This document shows, piece after piece, positions 28,324-38,272 of a DNA stretch of 64,000 nt; positions within the stretch are counted from its first letter, which is position 1; each line of letters opens with the position of its first letter. Both the position numbers and the translations under genes were made by a program. The stretch is from an uncultured virus (IMG/VR IMGVR_UViG_3300037247_000623) (Duplodnaviria; Heunggongvirae; Uroviricota; Caudoviricetes): IMG/VR virus record IMGVR_UViG_3300037247_000623; one strand, given 5' to 3'. A model generated the notes under the pieces. It was not told where the DNA came from. It worked only from the letters and a program-made list of their open reading frames with translations, and did no database searches.

Positions 28324-28842
28324 ATGCAAACAAACGTAAAAGGACTGGGAATTGAGCATTATGGGCACTTCTACCCTCCGTATGACTACGACGGAGGGAC
28401 GGGATACAAGTATGAGGACTTGGAGAAGGCAGTTCTGGCGCACGAGCCTAAGAGCTGGCTTGCCATTGCTACAACAAACACCGCACAAGCGAAGGTGATG
28501 CCCTTCCTTAAGAAGGCGGGTTGGAAAACGATTGGCTCTACTAGGAGTAGCCACCTAGACGGATCGAGAGTCTGGCTTCACATCTACCGGAACAAGGATG
28601 TCGAACCAGGGAAGCCCGCCACAGGAGACGAAGATTACGGAATTGGCGGTTGCAGTATGCAGATGTATGTAAGGGCGGGGCCGGTGTTCGACCAAGCCCA
28701 ATTCACCTATCAACTCAAAGTTCAAGCTATCACACGCGAACTGAAGCTCACCGAAGTCAAGAAAATGCGAACGCACAAGTGGCGTAGAATAGCTAAGGCT
28801 AACGCTATCTCAGTATGGACGAACGCAAAGAAGGACGACTAA
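28324..28842 (+). CDS. Hypothetical protein, possibly degenerate GNAT-like
   Basis: FLKKAGWKTIG...SSH....VWLHIY resembles the C-terminus of 27309..27752. Confidence 0.45.
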   Translation: MQTNVKGLGIEHYGHFYPPYDYDGGTGYKYEDLEKAVLAHEPKSWLAIATTNTAQAKVMPFLKKAGWKTIGSTRSSHLDGSRVWLHIYRNKDVEPGKPATGDEDYGIGGCSMQMYVRAGPVFDQAQFTYQLKVQAITRELKLTEVKKMRTHKWRRIAKANAISVWTNAKKDD

Positions 28843-28843
28843 C

Positions 28844-29311
28844 ATGTGCGTACCCTTACACCTTCTTCTCCAACAAGCGCGGCCATACGGCGCTAGGATG
28901 TTCAAAGAACCTGAACCTGAAGCAGAGTACCCTGGGATCGGGTGGATGGAAGGACTTCCTGCTGAGGACAAAGTGACCTCTGACCTGAAGGAGAACGAGT
29001 ATCGCTTCTGGAAAGGGTCAGGTTTTATGTATGAGGGGCCAGGATGGGCACAGTGTCGGTCGTGTCAGGTGGTCTGTAGGACAGAGGAGTTAAGAAAGAA
29101 GCACCAGAAGGCTATGGAGTGTACCAAGCACTTAGTCCGAGCATACAAACTTCTCCTAGCTAAAGGGAACTGCGTTGTCTGTGATGGAACGACCGTAGGA
29201 ACAAAATGGGGAATTCCTATATGCATCGCGGGAGACTGTCGAGAGGATTTCAAGACCCGTCTTTTCTTACATGGTCTACAGGAGGCGTTGAACGGAAATG
29301 TTGCACTATAA
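28844..29311 (+). CDS. Cys-rich hypothetical protein
   Basis: CRSC, CVVC, C...C motifs. Confidence 0.5.
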   Translation: MCVPLHLLLQQARPYGARMFKEPEPEAEYPGIGWMEGLPAEDKVTSDLKENEYRFWKGSGFMYEGPGWAQCRSCQVVCRTEELRKKHQKAMECTKHLVRAYKLLLAKGNCVVCDGTTVGTKWGIPICIAGDCREDFKTRLFLHGLQEALNGNVAL

Positions 29312-29723
29312 ACAAGGCGCACCAGACTTCGTAAAAGGGGGGCATCGGCCCAAGCCCTTTCCAGGCAAGTTCCCGACTAGGATTTTCTACAAGTTGACTC
29401 TTCGTAGAGGCTCAACAGTCATCTACACGGGGAAACCCAATGTTGAAGTAATGCTGCGGCTGCGACGGCTAATAAGGGCGAACCAAGTACGACAGTATAC
29501 GCTAGCAGAATTTGATAGGTCGGGGGCTTTCGCGTTCTTCAAGTTAGATATGCGGTTCCTTACGCCGGATGTACACCATGTCTCAGAGAGGTTTTGGAGG
29601 ACATATCATCCATTTTACGGAGCCGACCCGACTTTGTCGTGCTTCGCTGCGCCATTTAAGATGTTGCAGGGGATGCGAGAAAACGTCAAGTGGACTTACT
29701 ACAATTTTAGGAAGAGGGAGTAA
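29298..29723 (+). CDS. Hypothetical protein
   Basis: ORF coupled to the ligase gene. Confidence 0.5.
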   Translation: MLHYKQGAPDFVKGGHRPKPFPGKFPTRIFYKLTLRRGSTVIYTGKPNVEVMLRLRRLIRANQVRQYTLAEFDRSGAFAFFKLDMRFLTPDVHHVSERFWRTYHPFYGADPTLSCFAAPFKMLQGMRENVKWTYYNFRKRE

Positions 29724-31177
29724 TGGGCGAGTACAAAGAAGTTAAGCAACGCCTCCTAGAGGATGCTGTAAAGTACGGCACTACCACACTCAGGAGTGAC
29801 CCTTATGGAGTAACGGCAGAAAGAGCGCAACGCTGGTTGGATAGGATGTACTCCCTCAATCCGATTCTTTCCGTTCCTACTGAAGCGCGTCTCCTAAATA
29901 GGTTCTCTATCGGAGCCGACCCTGAGTTCATGTTCTTAGGTGAGAGTAGTGGGGAAGTACAAGGAGTTCCCGCAACTACATTGGGATTTAAGACGGGATT
30001 GGCGTTCGGCGCAGATGTGAATGGCCGACTAGCTGAGCTTAGACCGAAGCCAAGTAAGTTTGGACTCAGAGTAGTAGCTAGTATGCTTTCCACTTTACGG
30101 TGGCTGGCGTACCTGAATCCTAAGACCACCTATCTAATCTGGAAGGCAGGCGCGTACTCTCAACGAGATGGCTTGGGAGGGCACATCCACTTTGGCCGGA
30201 AGGCGGCAAGCCGAGCTAAGGAGATCAGGGCGTTAGATAAACTGACCGCATCCCTATATCGCTCCAATGTGTTCTCCAAAGCGGAGGGAGATTACAGGAA
30301 GAGGCACACGGAGTACGGAAAGTTCGGGGACTTCCGACTCCAGACTCACGGATATGAATATCGCGTGCTCCCCAGCTGGCTGGACTCCCCTTGGATGGCT
30401 TACTTCACGATTGTAGTGTCTAAGCTGGCTGTATATGACCCGGAGTTAATACTCGCTTGGCGAGATGTTGGGAGCGGTGAGGGTAGATTGAGGGCGCTTC
30501 TTGCCTTCTTCAAGGGCAGGGACGACGATGCACACATCGCCTACCACGCACTAAAGAGATGGGGACTTCCGAGGTTTTTTGGTGGAGACTTCAAGGGACG
30601 TTGGGGAGTAGATTTCACCTATAATCAGGGAGAGCAAAACGTGTCCGTGTTACCACCCTACATAGTGCCGACGGACAAGGAAGTACAAGAGATGTTTACA
30701 CATCTCACCGAGGCCAAACCACTTCTACCTAATAGACCTACATTGTCTTGGACACCGAGCAAAGTCCCTCCTGGCTTCGAGTCTATGATTGCGGTTACAA
30801 AAACCGCCGGACAAATAGGGCTAGGTGAGTTGATATGGGACTTGTGCTCGTGGAAGAACATACCCATAACTGTTCAAGGGAGTACAGAACATATTTTCTA
30901 TGTCTCCTCTGAACTAGCGAAACTGCTTCCGCATAACTGGAAGAATAAACTTACAGAAAACGCAGGCGTGTTTGGTTCAGCCGGCTTACACATACGCGTA
31001 CCAAGAAGGATGCGGGAGTGGCGGCGCATATCGGAAACTAAGAAGCTTCTTACTGATTTGTTCCCAATTTGGAGGATGCAGGACGCTTCGAGAGAAAAGG
31101 CTGTAGATTGGTTCAACAAAGAAGCGAAGGTTCAGAAACGTGTACCTGAAGGTACAATCTTAGCGATGAAGGAGTAA
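29723..31177 (+). CDS. phiEco32-like COOH-NH2 ligase type 2 (paralog 2)
   Basis: IGADPEF, AELRP, LGGHIHFG, YGKFGDFR.QTHGYEYRVLPSWL. Confidence 0.88.
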   Translation: MGEYKEVKQRLLEDAVKYGTTTLRSDPYGVTAERAQRWLDRMYSLNPILSVPTEARLLNRFSIGADPEFMFLGESSGEVQGVPATTLGFKTGLAFGADVNGRLAELRPKPSKFGLRVVASMLSTLRWLAYLNPKTTYLIWKAGAYSQRDGLGGHIHFGRKAASRAKEIRALDKLTASLYRSNVFSKAEGDYRKRHTEYGKFGDFRLQTHGYEYRVLPSWLDSPWMAYFTIVVSKLAVYDPELILAWRDVGSGEGRLRALLAFFKGRDDDAHIAYHALKRWGLPRFFGGDFKGRWGVDFTYNQGEQNVSVLPPYIVPTDKEVQEMFTHLTEAKPLLPNRPTLSWTPSKVPPGFESMIAVTKTAGQIGLGELIWDLCSWKNIPITVQGSTEHIFYVSSELAKLLPHNWKNKLTENAGVFGSAGLHIRVPRRMREWRRISETKKLLTDLFPIWRMQDASREKAVDWFNKEAKVQKRVPEGTILAMKE

Positions 31178-31179
31178 CT

Positions 31180-32202
31180 ATGTGCGGTATTGGAGGAGTA
31201 AAGAGGTTCGGTAAGGATCCTATAACACCTTACCATATCACGTCGTTGGCGATAGGGTTGGCGACAAGGGGGTTGGACGCGACGGGGATAGCCCTAGCAG
31301 ACGACGAGAACATCCACATCCTTAAGAACGATGTTCCAGCGTGGAAGTTTGTAGGGTCGGCGGCGTTCAAGAAGTTCTTACGTGTGTACTTGACTAAGGA
31401 CACGCATACTGTGCTAGTTCATACTAGAGCAGCGAGTGCGGGGAAAGGGACGCCGAGAAAGGTTTACAACAACCATCCCATGTTTGATGGAGAAACAGCC
31501 ATCATACACAACGGACTCATCCACAACGACGATGAGATATTTACAGCGCTAAAGACAAAGCGGTATGCAGAGACGGACTCCGATGTGATTCGTGCTATAG
31601 TATCGGTTCACGGGATGAATAAGAAGGGGATTAGGGAGCTGAACAAGCTAAATGGGAGTGTTGCCTCCGCGATTATCTCAATGAGGGAGCCAAGAAAACT
31701 TCTTCTACTTAGGAGTGGAAATCCTCTTGTACTTGGGCACCTGGGAGAGTTATTATTCTTCGCTTCAGAGAAGAAAGCGATACACCAAGCAACGCGGCCC
31801 TACAGGAAGTGGAGGAACTTCGCCTTCCAGATGGGGACGAGTAGAGTTGAGTTCTCACCCTTTCCGGTGGACTCTGCGCAGTTGATAGGAGAAGAGGGTC
31901 TTGAGTGGCACGGGGTGTTTAATAGCTCGACTTCTAACTACACCAACAATATCAAAAGCCACTGGACACACGAGAATTATCCAAGTAGGCAGAGGATAAT
32001 AGAGGCAGGGGGGGCTGTCCACAACAAGGACATATCGCTGATTAACCCAAAGAAGATAGAGCTGGGGGGAGACTTCGTTGAGTGCTTGAATCCGCTTTGT
32101 GCAACACTAATGGAGTTGAAAGGCAAGCAAAAGACAATGAAGAGGGAGCATCTGAGTTGTCCACGGTGTAAGAGGAGCTTGGCTTCACAGTTGGTGATGT
32201 GA
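31180..32202 (+). CDS. Class II (Ntn) glutamine amidotransferase
   Basis: MCGIGG, RGLDATG, HTRAAS, NNHP, HNG, TDSD. Confidence 0.92.
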   Translation: MCGIGGVKRFGKDPITPYHITSLAIGLATRGLDATGIALADDENIHILKNDVPAWKFVGSAAFKKFLRVYLTKDTHTVLVHTRAASAGKGTPRKVYNNHPMFDGETAIIHNGLIHNDDEIFTALKTKRYAETDSDVIRAIVSVHGMNKKGIRELNKLNGSVASAIISMREPRKLLLLRSGNPLVLGHLGELLFFASEKKAIHQATRPYRKWRNFAFQMGTSRVEFSPFPVDSAQLIGEEGLEWHGVFNSSTSNYTNNIKSHWTHENYPSRQRIIEAGGAVHNKDISLINPKKIELGGDFVECLNPLCATLMELKGKQKTMKREHLSCPRCKRSLASQLVM

Positions 32203-32689
32203 GGAGGAGAGTATGAAGGGAAAGCTAGACCCAAAGTATTGGTTGAGATTCACGGAAACAGATGAGAGTGAAGGTCTGTACTCTATAAGGACAGATGGTA
32301 GGTATAGAAAGGATCTCAACGTAGTAGAGCGGGTTCTTGTTAAGGTATCAAAGGGAAAGGTAGAAGTTATCTTAGAAGGAGGCCCACTTCACCCCATTGT
32401 CCTGACGATCAAAGGGAATAATCTGAGGGTGGATGATTGGTGGGGTTGGGGGTGTGGATAAAATGGAGTGGCGCAGACGAAATCGAAACACCTTTGCTCG
32501 TGGCTTGGGTTCCAACACGAGGGGACGGCGGTACGCTGACCTCCTTCCGATAGTTGTAGATAAGGCTTTAGATGCAACAGTCGCTTACTACGAGGAGAGG
32601 AAGCGAGTTATCGAAGGCGGCAGCAGCGAGGCACGACTAGAACGACGAGAAAAAACCATGCGTGCTGCAATAGCACGATTGGAGGAGAA

Positions 32690-33475
32690 ATGATTCGATT
32701 GGTGGTTGCAAATGGGAGTAGAGTAACTGGAAACACGCTTGCTACACTCCTACGAGAGCGGGGAGTTGAGATCGGACACAGAGGTTGCACCGCGACTGTA
32801 AGCTACGGTGTTCGCCTTCCTGAGGCCAGATACCCTATTCTCAACCGTGACGCGGGCGGAATCACTAAGTTCGCCGAGCTAACAGCACTCAAAATAGCAA
32901 GGATTCGAGTTCCAGACTTCTGGCGGGCTACTCCAGGACAAATCAACGAGCTTCTACGGAACAGACCGCTTCTCGCACGCCGGGACAACCATAAGGGCGG
33001 GCGGGACATCCGGTACACAACGTCCGAGCGGTGGATCCGCAACCGTATCCGGATGGGATGGAACTTCTTTACCAAGTACATTCCAAGCCGAACAGAGTAC
33101 AGGGTGTGGGTGTATCGAAGGCGGCATCTAGGGACATACGAAAAGGTGAAGGCACACAACGTCCGGTGGAAGAGCGATACAACACACTTTGGGCGGGGAC
33201 ATAAGAACGGCTATGCCTTTCAGCTTGTTGCGCCGGTGCCTGATAGGGTTAGGCCCGCGATTGAGCTGGCGATACGCTCGATAGCGGCTCTGAAGCTGGA
33301 CTTCGGGGCGGTTGACGTGTTGGAGGGGAATGATGGTAGAATGTACGTCCTAGAGGTGAACACCGCGCCGGGAGTGGAGGGGCCGAGACAAGGAATCAAC
33401 AAGTTGGCTGATAGGATAGCCAACTGGGTTAAGAAGGGCTACCCGAAGAAGAAGGGGGAAGAAGATGCCGAGTAG
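32690..33475 (+). CDS. ATP-grasp (RimK-like) ligase
   Basis: EYRVWV, LDFGAVD, VLEVNTAPG. Confidence 0.9.
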   Translation: MIRLVVANGSRVTGNTLATLLRERGVEIGHRGCTATVSYGVRLPEARYPILNRDAGGITKFAELTALKIARIRVPDFWRATPGQINELLRNRPLLARRDNHKGGRDIRYTTSERWIRNRIRMGWNFFTKYIPSRTEYRVWVYRRRHLGTYEKVKAHNVRWKSDTTHFGRGHKNGYAFQLVAPVPDRVRPAIELAIRSIAALKLDFGAVDVLEGNDGRMYVLEVNTAPGVEGPRQGINKLADRIANWVKKGYPKKKGEEDAE

Positions 33476-33929
33476 AGTCAGGGTTGCGGGACTAATTGGA
33501 AATAAGGCATACTTCGGTAAGCATCTAATAAATTATCTCCGGAATGTCGGAGATAGCGTCGATGTCCTAATTACGGAGAGGAAAAAGGGCTTAACTTGGC
33601 AAGATGTCTTGAGAGCTTGGGAGCTACTGGGTAAGTTCATGGACGGCAACAAGCTCTACGTCATACGAGAGAGGCGGGGAGTACGTTCGAGTCGCTCTCT
33701 GTTCAATCAGAAGCTACTAGGGTACAGGAGAAATAAGAAGAAGAAAATGGCGAAGCTACTCGATTGGGGAATAAGGGCGAGAGAGGAGATTGCGGTAAAT
33801 CAGGTGGTAGACCGGGGTGCCCAAGCCGGTCAGCTTGAACAGCCGGTAGCAATGGACGCTCCTCCCCAAGAGCTACGTAGGGCGGTGGCGGTAAATCAGG
33901 CAGGTGAGATTGTTTACGTGAACGACTAA
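33465..33929 (+). CDS. Hypothetical protein
   Basis: ORF coupled to the ATP-grasp gene. Confidence 0.5.
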   Translation: MPSRVRVAGLIGNKAYFGKHLINYLRNVGDSVDVLITERKKGLTWQDVLRAWELLGKFMDGNKLYVIRERRGVRSSRSLFNQKLLGYRRNKKKKMAKLLDWGIRAREEIAVNQVVDRGAQAGQLEQPVAMDAPPQELRRAVAVNQAGEIVYVND

Positions 33930-34091
33930 TGGCAATCCGAACCTTCACGAGCGGCATCTCACTAAATTACTTCTGCACTACACATGAAGGTTACATAATC
34001 CCGGCAAAACTCCTAGCTCCAGGGAAGGCACCTAAATTAGTGTGCCCTCTCTGTACGCGAAAGGAGAACGAAATACGGGAGGCAATCATAG

Positions 34092-34643
34092 ATGAGAAAA
34101 GAGGACAAGGTATACGAGGAATATAGGGGAGCGAAGGGGGAGCAGAAAGTAGAGCTAGAGGAGAGACTCTATTCCCTCCTATCTCAACACGCTAAAGAGG
34201 TTAGTGCGGGCACGCTGAGGGAGATTGCGCCGGACGTTGTAGCTGAAATCGTCTCACGGGTTTTCACCAACTTCGATAAGTTCCGGGGGAAGTCACTCTT
34301 CTCTACCTGGGTACATCGGATAGCACTCAATGAGTGTTATAGGGAGTTGAAGAGAAGGGAGGACAACCAAGAGGTAGCCATCGAGGACTTGTCGGAGTCG
34401 GAGTACGCGGGGCTTACTACTACTTCTCCGGGTAAGGTCGAAGAAGTCTTGGAAGTGGCAATAAAGGGACTGAACCGGGAAGAGAAAAAGCTAGCCAATC
34501 TTATCAAGGAGGGATTGTCGTTCATTGAGATAGATGAGGAGATGGGGTACTCTCCGAAGACCGCACAGAAGAAGTGGGAGAGGATGATAAGAGGGAAGAT
34601 GAGAAGGAAGTTTGAGGAGCTGGGTATAGGGAGGGTAGGGTAG
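34092..34643 (+). CDS. ECF-type RNA polymerase sigma factor
   Basis: Region 2 FDKFRGKSLFSTWVHRIALNEC; region 4 GLSFIEIDEEMGYSPKTAQKKW. Confidence 0.9.
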   Translation: MRKEDKVYEEYRGAKGEQKVELEERLYSLLSQHAKEVSAGTLREIAPDVVAEIVSRVFTNFDKFRGKSLFSTWVHRIALNECYRELKRREDNQEVAIEDLSESEYAGLTTTSPGKVEEVLEVAIKGLNREEKKLANLIKEGLSFIEIDEEMGYSPKTAQKKWERMIRGKMRRKFEELGIGRVG

Positions 34644-35725
34644 TGCCAATTTGGGATGATCCTTTCGTAGTTCGCTTTGGGGGCACGCCAAGTGAGAGTA
34701 TAACTACCGAAGACGGTTTTCCTGCACAGGGAAACACGGTTACTTTCTTCGCAGCCTATCCTTACTGGGGGCGTGGCGGAGGCGGAGGCGGCCAGCAGTT
34801 AGCAAGCGACATAGATAACGCGAGGCATGTTCCTGGCGGCGCCATTGAAGTCAACAATCTACAAGGATTACAAAGGTATTACGATGCAGGGGCGATAGCA
34901 GCTTTGCAGAAGGCTATGTCTCCCCTAGAATCTAAGCCTAAGCCAATAGAGGAGGTAGAAGAAGTGCCCGGTAGAAAAGCAAGACTCGTCAACAAATTCC
35001 TAATAGGATGTGACCCGGAGTTCGTAACCATTCACAACGGGAGAAGGTGCGATGTAGGAACTCATCTTCCCCGTGAGGGGGTCGTGGGGTGGGATCACGG
35101 CGGTAGGATTGCAGAGATACGTCCTAACCCGTCTAGGGGAGTTTATAGGCTGATCAAGACGATACAGAAGGTGTTGCTGGAGGAGCCGACCTTACAGACT
35201 CTTGTTCATCGTAGGTGGCGGGCTGGGGCGCTCTATGCTGATGGCAACACTATCGAAACACTCGGCGGGCACATCCATATAGACGTACCTTGGGACAAGA
35301 AGACAGAGCCGGTAAAGGCGCTAGACCTCCTCACGAGGAAGCTGGAAGCGCTCGACATTCTCCCTAAGAATGAGTCTGCTCAGCGCAGAGGAAGGGGGGG
35401 TTATGGGATGTACGGAGATGCGCGGGCAGTGGCTACGATGGATGGGAACAGGATAGAGTACCGCACAATGGCAAGCTGGCTCTTCAGTCCAGCGATTGCC
35501 TTCGTGTGCCTAGCGGGGGCCAAGTTAGCAGCTCACTCCCCGGACTCTACCCTAGTTGCTCTGAAGGGGCCAGCTAGCTACAAGCAGCTCATCAAGTTCT
35601 TTGAGTTGTTCCAGGGGAAGGATGACAACGCAGACAGGGCGCTGGAGAGGGTACTGGACAAGGGGAATCTGAAGGCCGACCCGGACGCAGATGTCCGGAA
35701 GGCTTGGGAGAGGCTGGGATTTTAA
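34643..35725 (+). CDS. phiEco32-like COOH-NH2 ligase type 2 (paralog 3) with Gly-rich N-terminal extension
   Basis: IGCDPEF, AEIRP, LGGHIH, YGMYGD, IEYRTMASWL. Confidence 0.85.
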   Translation: MPIWDDPFVVRFGGTPSESITTEDGFPAQGNTVTFFAAYPYWGRGGGGGGQQLASDIDNARHVPGGAIEVNNLQGLQRYYDAGAIAALQKAMSPLESKPKPIEEVEEVPGRKARLVNKFLIGCDPEFVTIHNGRRCDVGTHLPREGVVGWDHGGRIAEIRPNPSRGVYRLIKTIQKVLLEEPTLQTLVHRRWRAGALYADGNTIETLGGHIHIDVPWDKKTEPVKALDLLTRKLEALDILPKNESAQRRGRGGYGMYGDARAVATMDGNRIEYRTMASWLFSPAIAFVCLAGAKLAAHSPDSTLVALKGPASYKQLIKFFELFQGKDDNADRALERVLDKGNLKADPDADVRKAWERLGF

Positions 35726-36009
35726 GGAGGAATATGATGGCACTCTCTGGAAAAGAGTTTCTACAGAAGGAGGCATTAAAAGAGCTGTATGATGCTGCTG
35801 AGTCCATCTGGCTTGGCTGGGAAGCTGCCAACATCCGAGTTAGGGACTGGGAAAGGCTAAAAGAGGCGGTTCTCAAGTTTCGGGAGGCTAGAGAAAGAAA
35901 ATAACCCTATCTCTTCTTCTTTTTATTTGTTTTTTCTTATAATAATAAGGGGGGAAATCGCCTAACTCCTTTGTTTTCAACAAAAGCCGAAAATCGACCT
36001 TTATTTGGT

Positions 36010-36046
36010 GTCGTAATTTTACCTGTTTTGGGGTCTAACATAGTAG
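36010..36046 (+). promoter_or_regulatory. Phage ECF-type promoter copy 2
   Basis: GTCGTAAT-N13-GGGTCTAACATAGTAG. Confidence 0.8.
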
Positions 36047-36116
36047 AGAAAGAACATAGAAACTAAGTAGGAAGTACGTTAGACCTATACTAGAAGCATA
36101 TAAGGAGTATGGAAAA

Positions 36117-36560
36117 ATGGCACACCTAATAAGTATAATTATCCCCGAAGATCTCAAGAAAATGGCACAAGAGTTAGCTCGCAAGCGGTATCTTTCGTTC
36201 TCGGCCCTAATTCGACAGTTGATTTTAGCTGAACTCAAGGCTGAGGAAGAATTAGCACCAAAGGTAGATCAATTAGTAGCGGTTAAACCCGTCGGACGCC
36301 CCCGACATAGCGGAGAACACAAGCAAATCACCCGCTGGATAGAGCGAGCAGAGAAGTTTCCCGCCTACTACAAGGAAGAGCTGACCGGGACAAATCTATT
36401 TGAGGCCATCTACGGGGAGATTCAGGCAAGGCTGGATAAGGCCATAGAGGAGCGGGACGGGCCTACCTTAGAGGCCCTGGCGCAAGGACAAGAGTGGCAG
36501 GAAGCGAGAGATGCTTACTGGAAGAAGGTAGAGGAGGAGGATAGAAATGTCAATTCGTAG
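36117..36560 (+). CDS. Ribbon-helix-helix DNA-binding protein with AT-hook-like GRPR
   Basis: ISIIIPEDLKKMAQELARKRYLSFSALIRQLI. Confidence 0.6.
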   Translation: MAHLISIIIPEDLKKMAQELARKRYLSFSALIRQLILAELKAEEELAPKVDQLVAVKPVGRPRHSGEHKQITRWIERAEKFPAYYKEELTGTNLFEAIYGEIQARLDKAIEERDGPTLEALAQGQEWQEARDAYWKKVEEEDRNVNS

Positions 36561-36787
36561 AATCTATGTTTGCGATAGGTGTGGAGCGGAGGCTCCCGCT
36601 TTAGACAGAGGGATAATCAACCAGAACGTACCCCGCGAGTGGACAAGAGTGGGAATAGGGTTTTCTGGCCCTGCGGTTAATCGAACTTACACTTACCACC
36701 TCTGCCCAGGTTGCTCCGGTATTCACACAGAATGGCTAAAACCAGATACAGTAACAAGACTTTACGAAGACTTTGGAGGAGCGTAAA

Positions 36788-37207
36788 ATGCTTAACAAAG
36801 CAATCGAATTCGCAACTATGGCCCACCTGGGACAGAGAGACAAGAAAGGGAGGCCCATGATACTCCACGCCATTAGCGTCATGCAGGGAGTGGCCGAAAA
36901 AACTAACTGGGATACTACTATGTGCGTAGCTGCGGTTCTGCATGATGTAGTGGAGGACACCCCCTACGACGTAGAAACTATCTCAGAGAGGTTCGGAAAG
37001 TGGGTCGCGGCCAGGGTAGATAGTCTGTCCCGGCGGGAAGGAGAGACGTATCGCCAGTACATTCAACGAGTTAAGAAGGATAAGTACGCAGTCGTAATCA
37101 AGCTCGCAGACCTTCGAGCTAATCTTGACCCGAAGCGGTACATACCGGGCCATGCGGCGCTTTACACGCGGTACGCAAAGGCACTTGACGTTCTTCTTGG
37201 GGGATAG
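36788..37207 (+). CDS. HD-domain hydrolase, SpoT/Mesh1-like (small alarmone hydrolase)
   Basis: AH.GQRDK.G.P.I.H, AVLHDVVEDT, IKLADL..N. Confidence 0.85.
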   Translation: MLNKAIEFATMAHLGQRDKKGRPMILHAISVMQGVAEKTNWDTTMCVAAVLHDVVEDTPYDVETISERFGKWVAARVDSLSRREGETYRQYIQRVKKDKYAVVIKLADLRANLDPKRYIPGHAALYTRYAKALDVLLGG

Positions 37208-37272
37208 TGTAATGGTAACACGCTTGACTTTGAATCAAGAGAGTCTAGGTTCGATCCCTAGTCCCCCAACCA
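37198..37272 (+). tRNA. tRNA-Gln (TTG)
   Basis: TGGGGGA/TCCCCCA acceptor, CT-TTG-AA loop, GGTTCGATCCC T-arm, encoded CCA. Confidence 0.92.
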
Positions 37273-37494
37273 TTTAGGAGGAGAGATGAAACGACTAAAG
37301 ACAGTAAAGGACTACCAGAAGGATAAGAAAGAGCGGTGGGAACGGGCACAGGTTTGGATGCTTTGTGGGTTAGAATGCCCGAATTGTAAAAAGGAGATAG
37401 AGAAGCACCTAACTAACATAGGCGTAGTATATGAAGTTTACCCCCAACTACATAACTTCCGCTGCATCGGCTGCGGGTGGATAGGAACCTTCTA

Positions 37495-37668
37495 ATGCCA
37501 CTATACGAATTCAAATGCCCAAACGAAAAGTGCCCGGATGTTGTTCCATCCATTGAGGTTATCCTTTCGAGCTTTGAGAGTGAGAACCCGCCTTGTCCAT
37601 ATTGCGGGAGGGAGTTGAAACGGAAGCCCTCCGCCGGGACATTCCAATGGGGAAGGGGGATGAAGTGA
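37495..37668 (+). CDS. FmdB-family zinc-ribbon protein
   Basis: MPLYEFKC...CPYCG..LKR..S. Confidence 0.75.
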   Translation: MPLYEFKCPNEKCPDVVPSIEVILSSFESENPPCPYCGRELKRKPSAGTFQWGRGMK

Positions 37669-38272
37669 GCGACGATTGGTTCTTGATTCTACAAGGGATA
37701 AAGCCATCAAAACTTTACAAGGCTATGCGAGAGCTAGCTACCGTAGCGGAGGAGTATCCGCACGGACTTGGGACACCTGAGTCTGATAAGCTGAAGCGGA
37801 AGGCACATAAGCTCTTACGTTTACTAAAGTTAGGTACGCACGAAGAGCTTGAAGCTGAGATGGAGATGAAATGATAATTACCTTAAAGGTACTCTTAATT
37901 ATCCAGATTCTTTTACTCCTATTCCTAGTAGTAAGCTGGTTGTACTACACGATCAGTATTGCTTTTCTCTATTGGAATGATTTCCCTACAATAAAAGCAG
38001 CTTGGGAAGCCTATAGAAAAGAAGGTAAAGAGAAGGGGTATAAAATGAAAAAGTGGGACGTATGGATGGAGGGATATTCCGCTACCGGAGAGCACGCCAG
38101 AGCAGAGCTATGCGGTAGATTCAAAGGCAAGACCTTTGCAGATGCCTGTAAAGAGTGGGCAAAGACTCTAGCTCAACCTGAGTTTTTCAACTTCGGGGAG
38201 TTGACCTATTGGGGTCGTAGACTCTTTAAGACCGAGCACGCTGCTAGGAAGTTTTGTGGATAAGGAGATGAA

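Noticed and set aside
35905..35950. Rho-independent terminator after the ligase cluster
   Set aside because: T-rich tract with no convincing GC-rich hairpin before it
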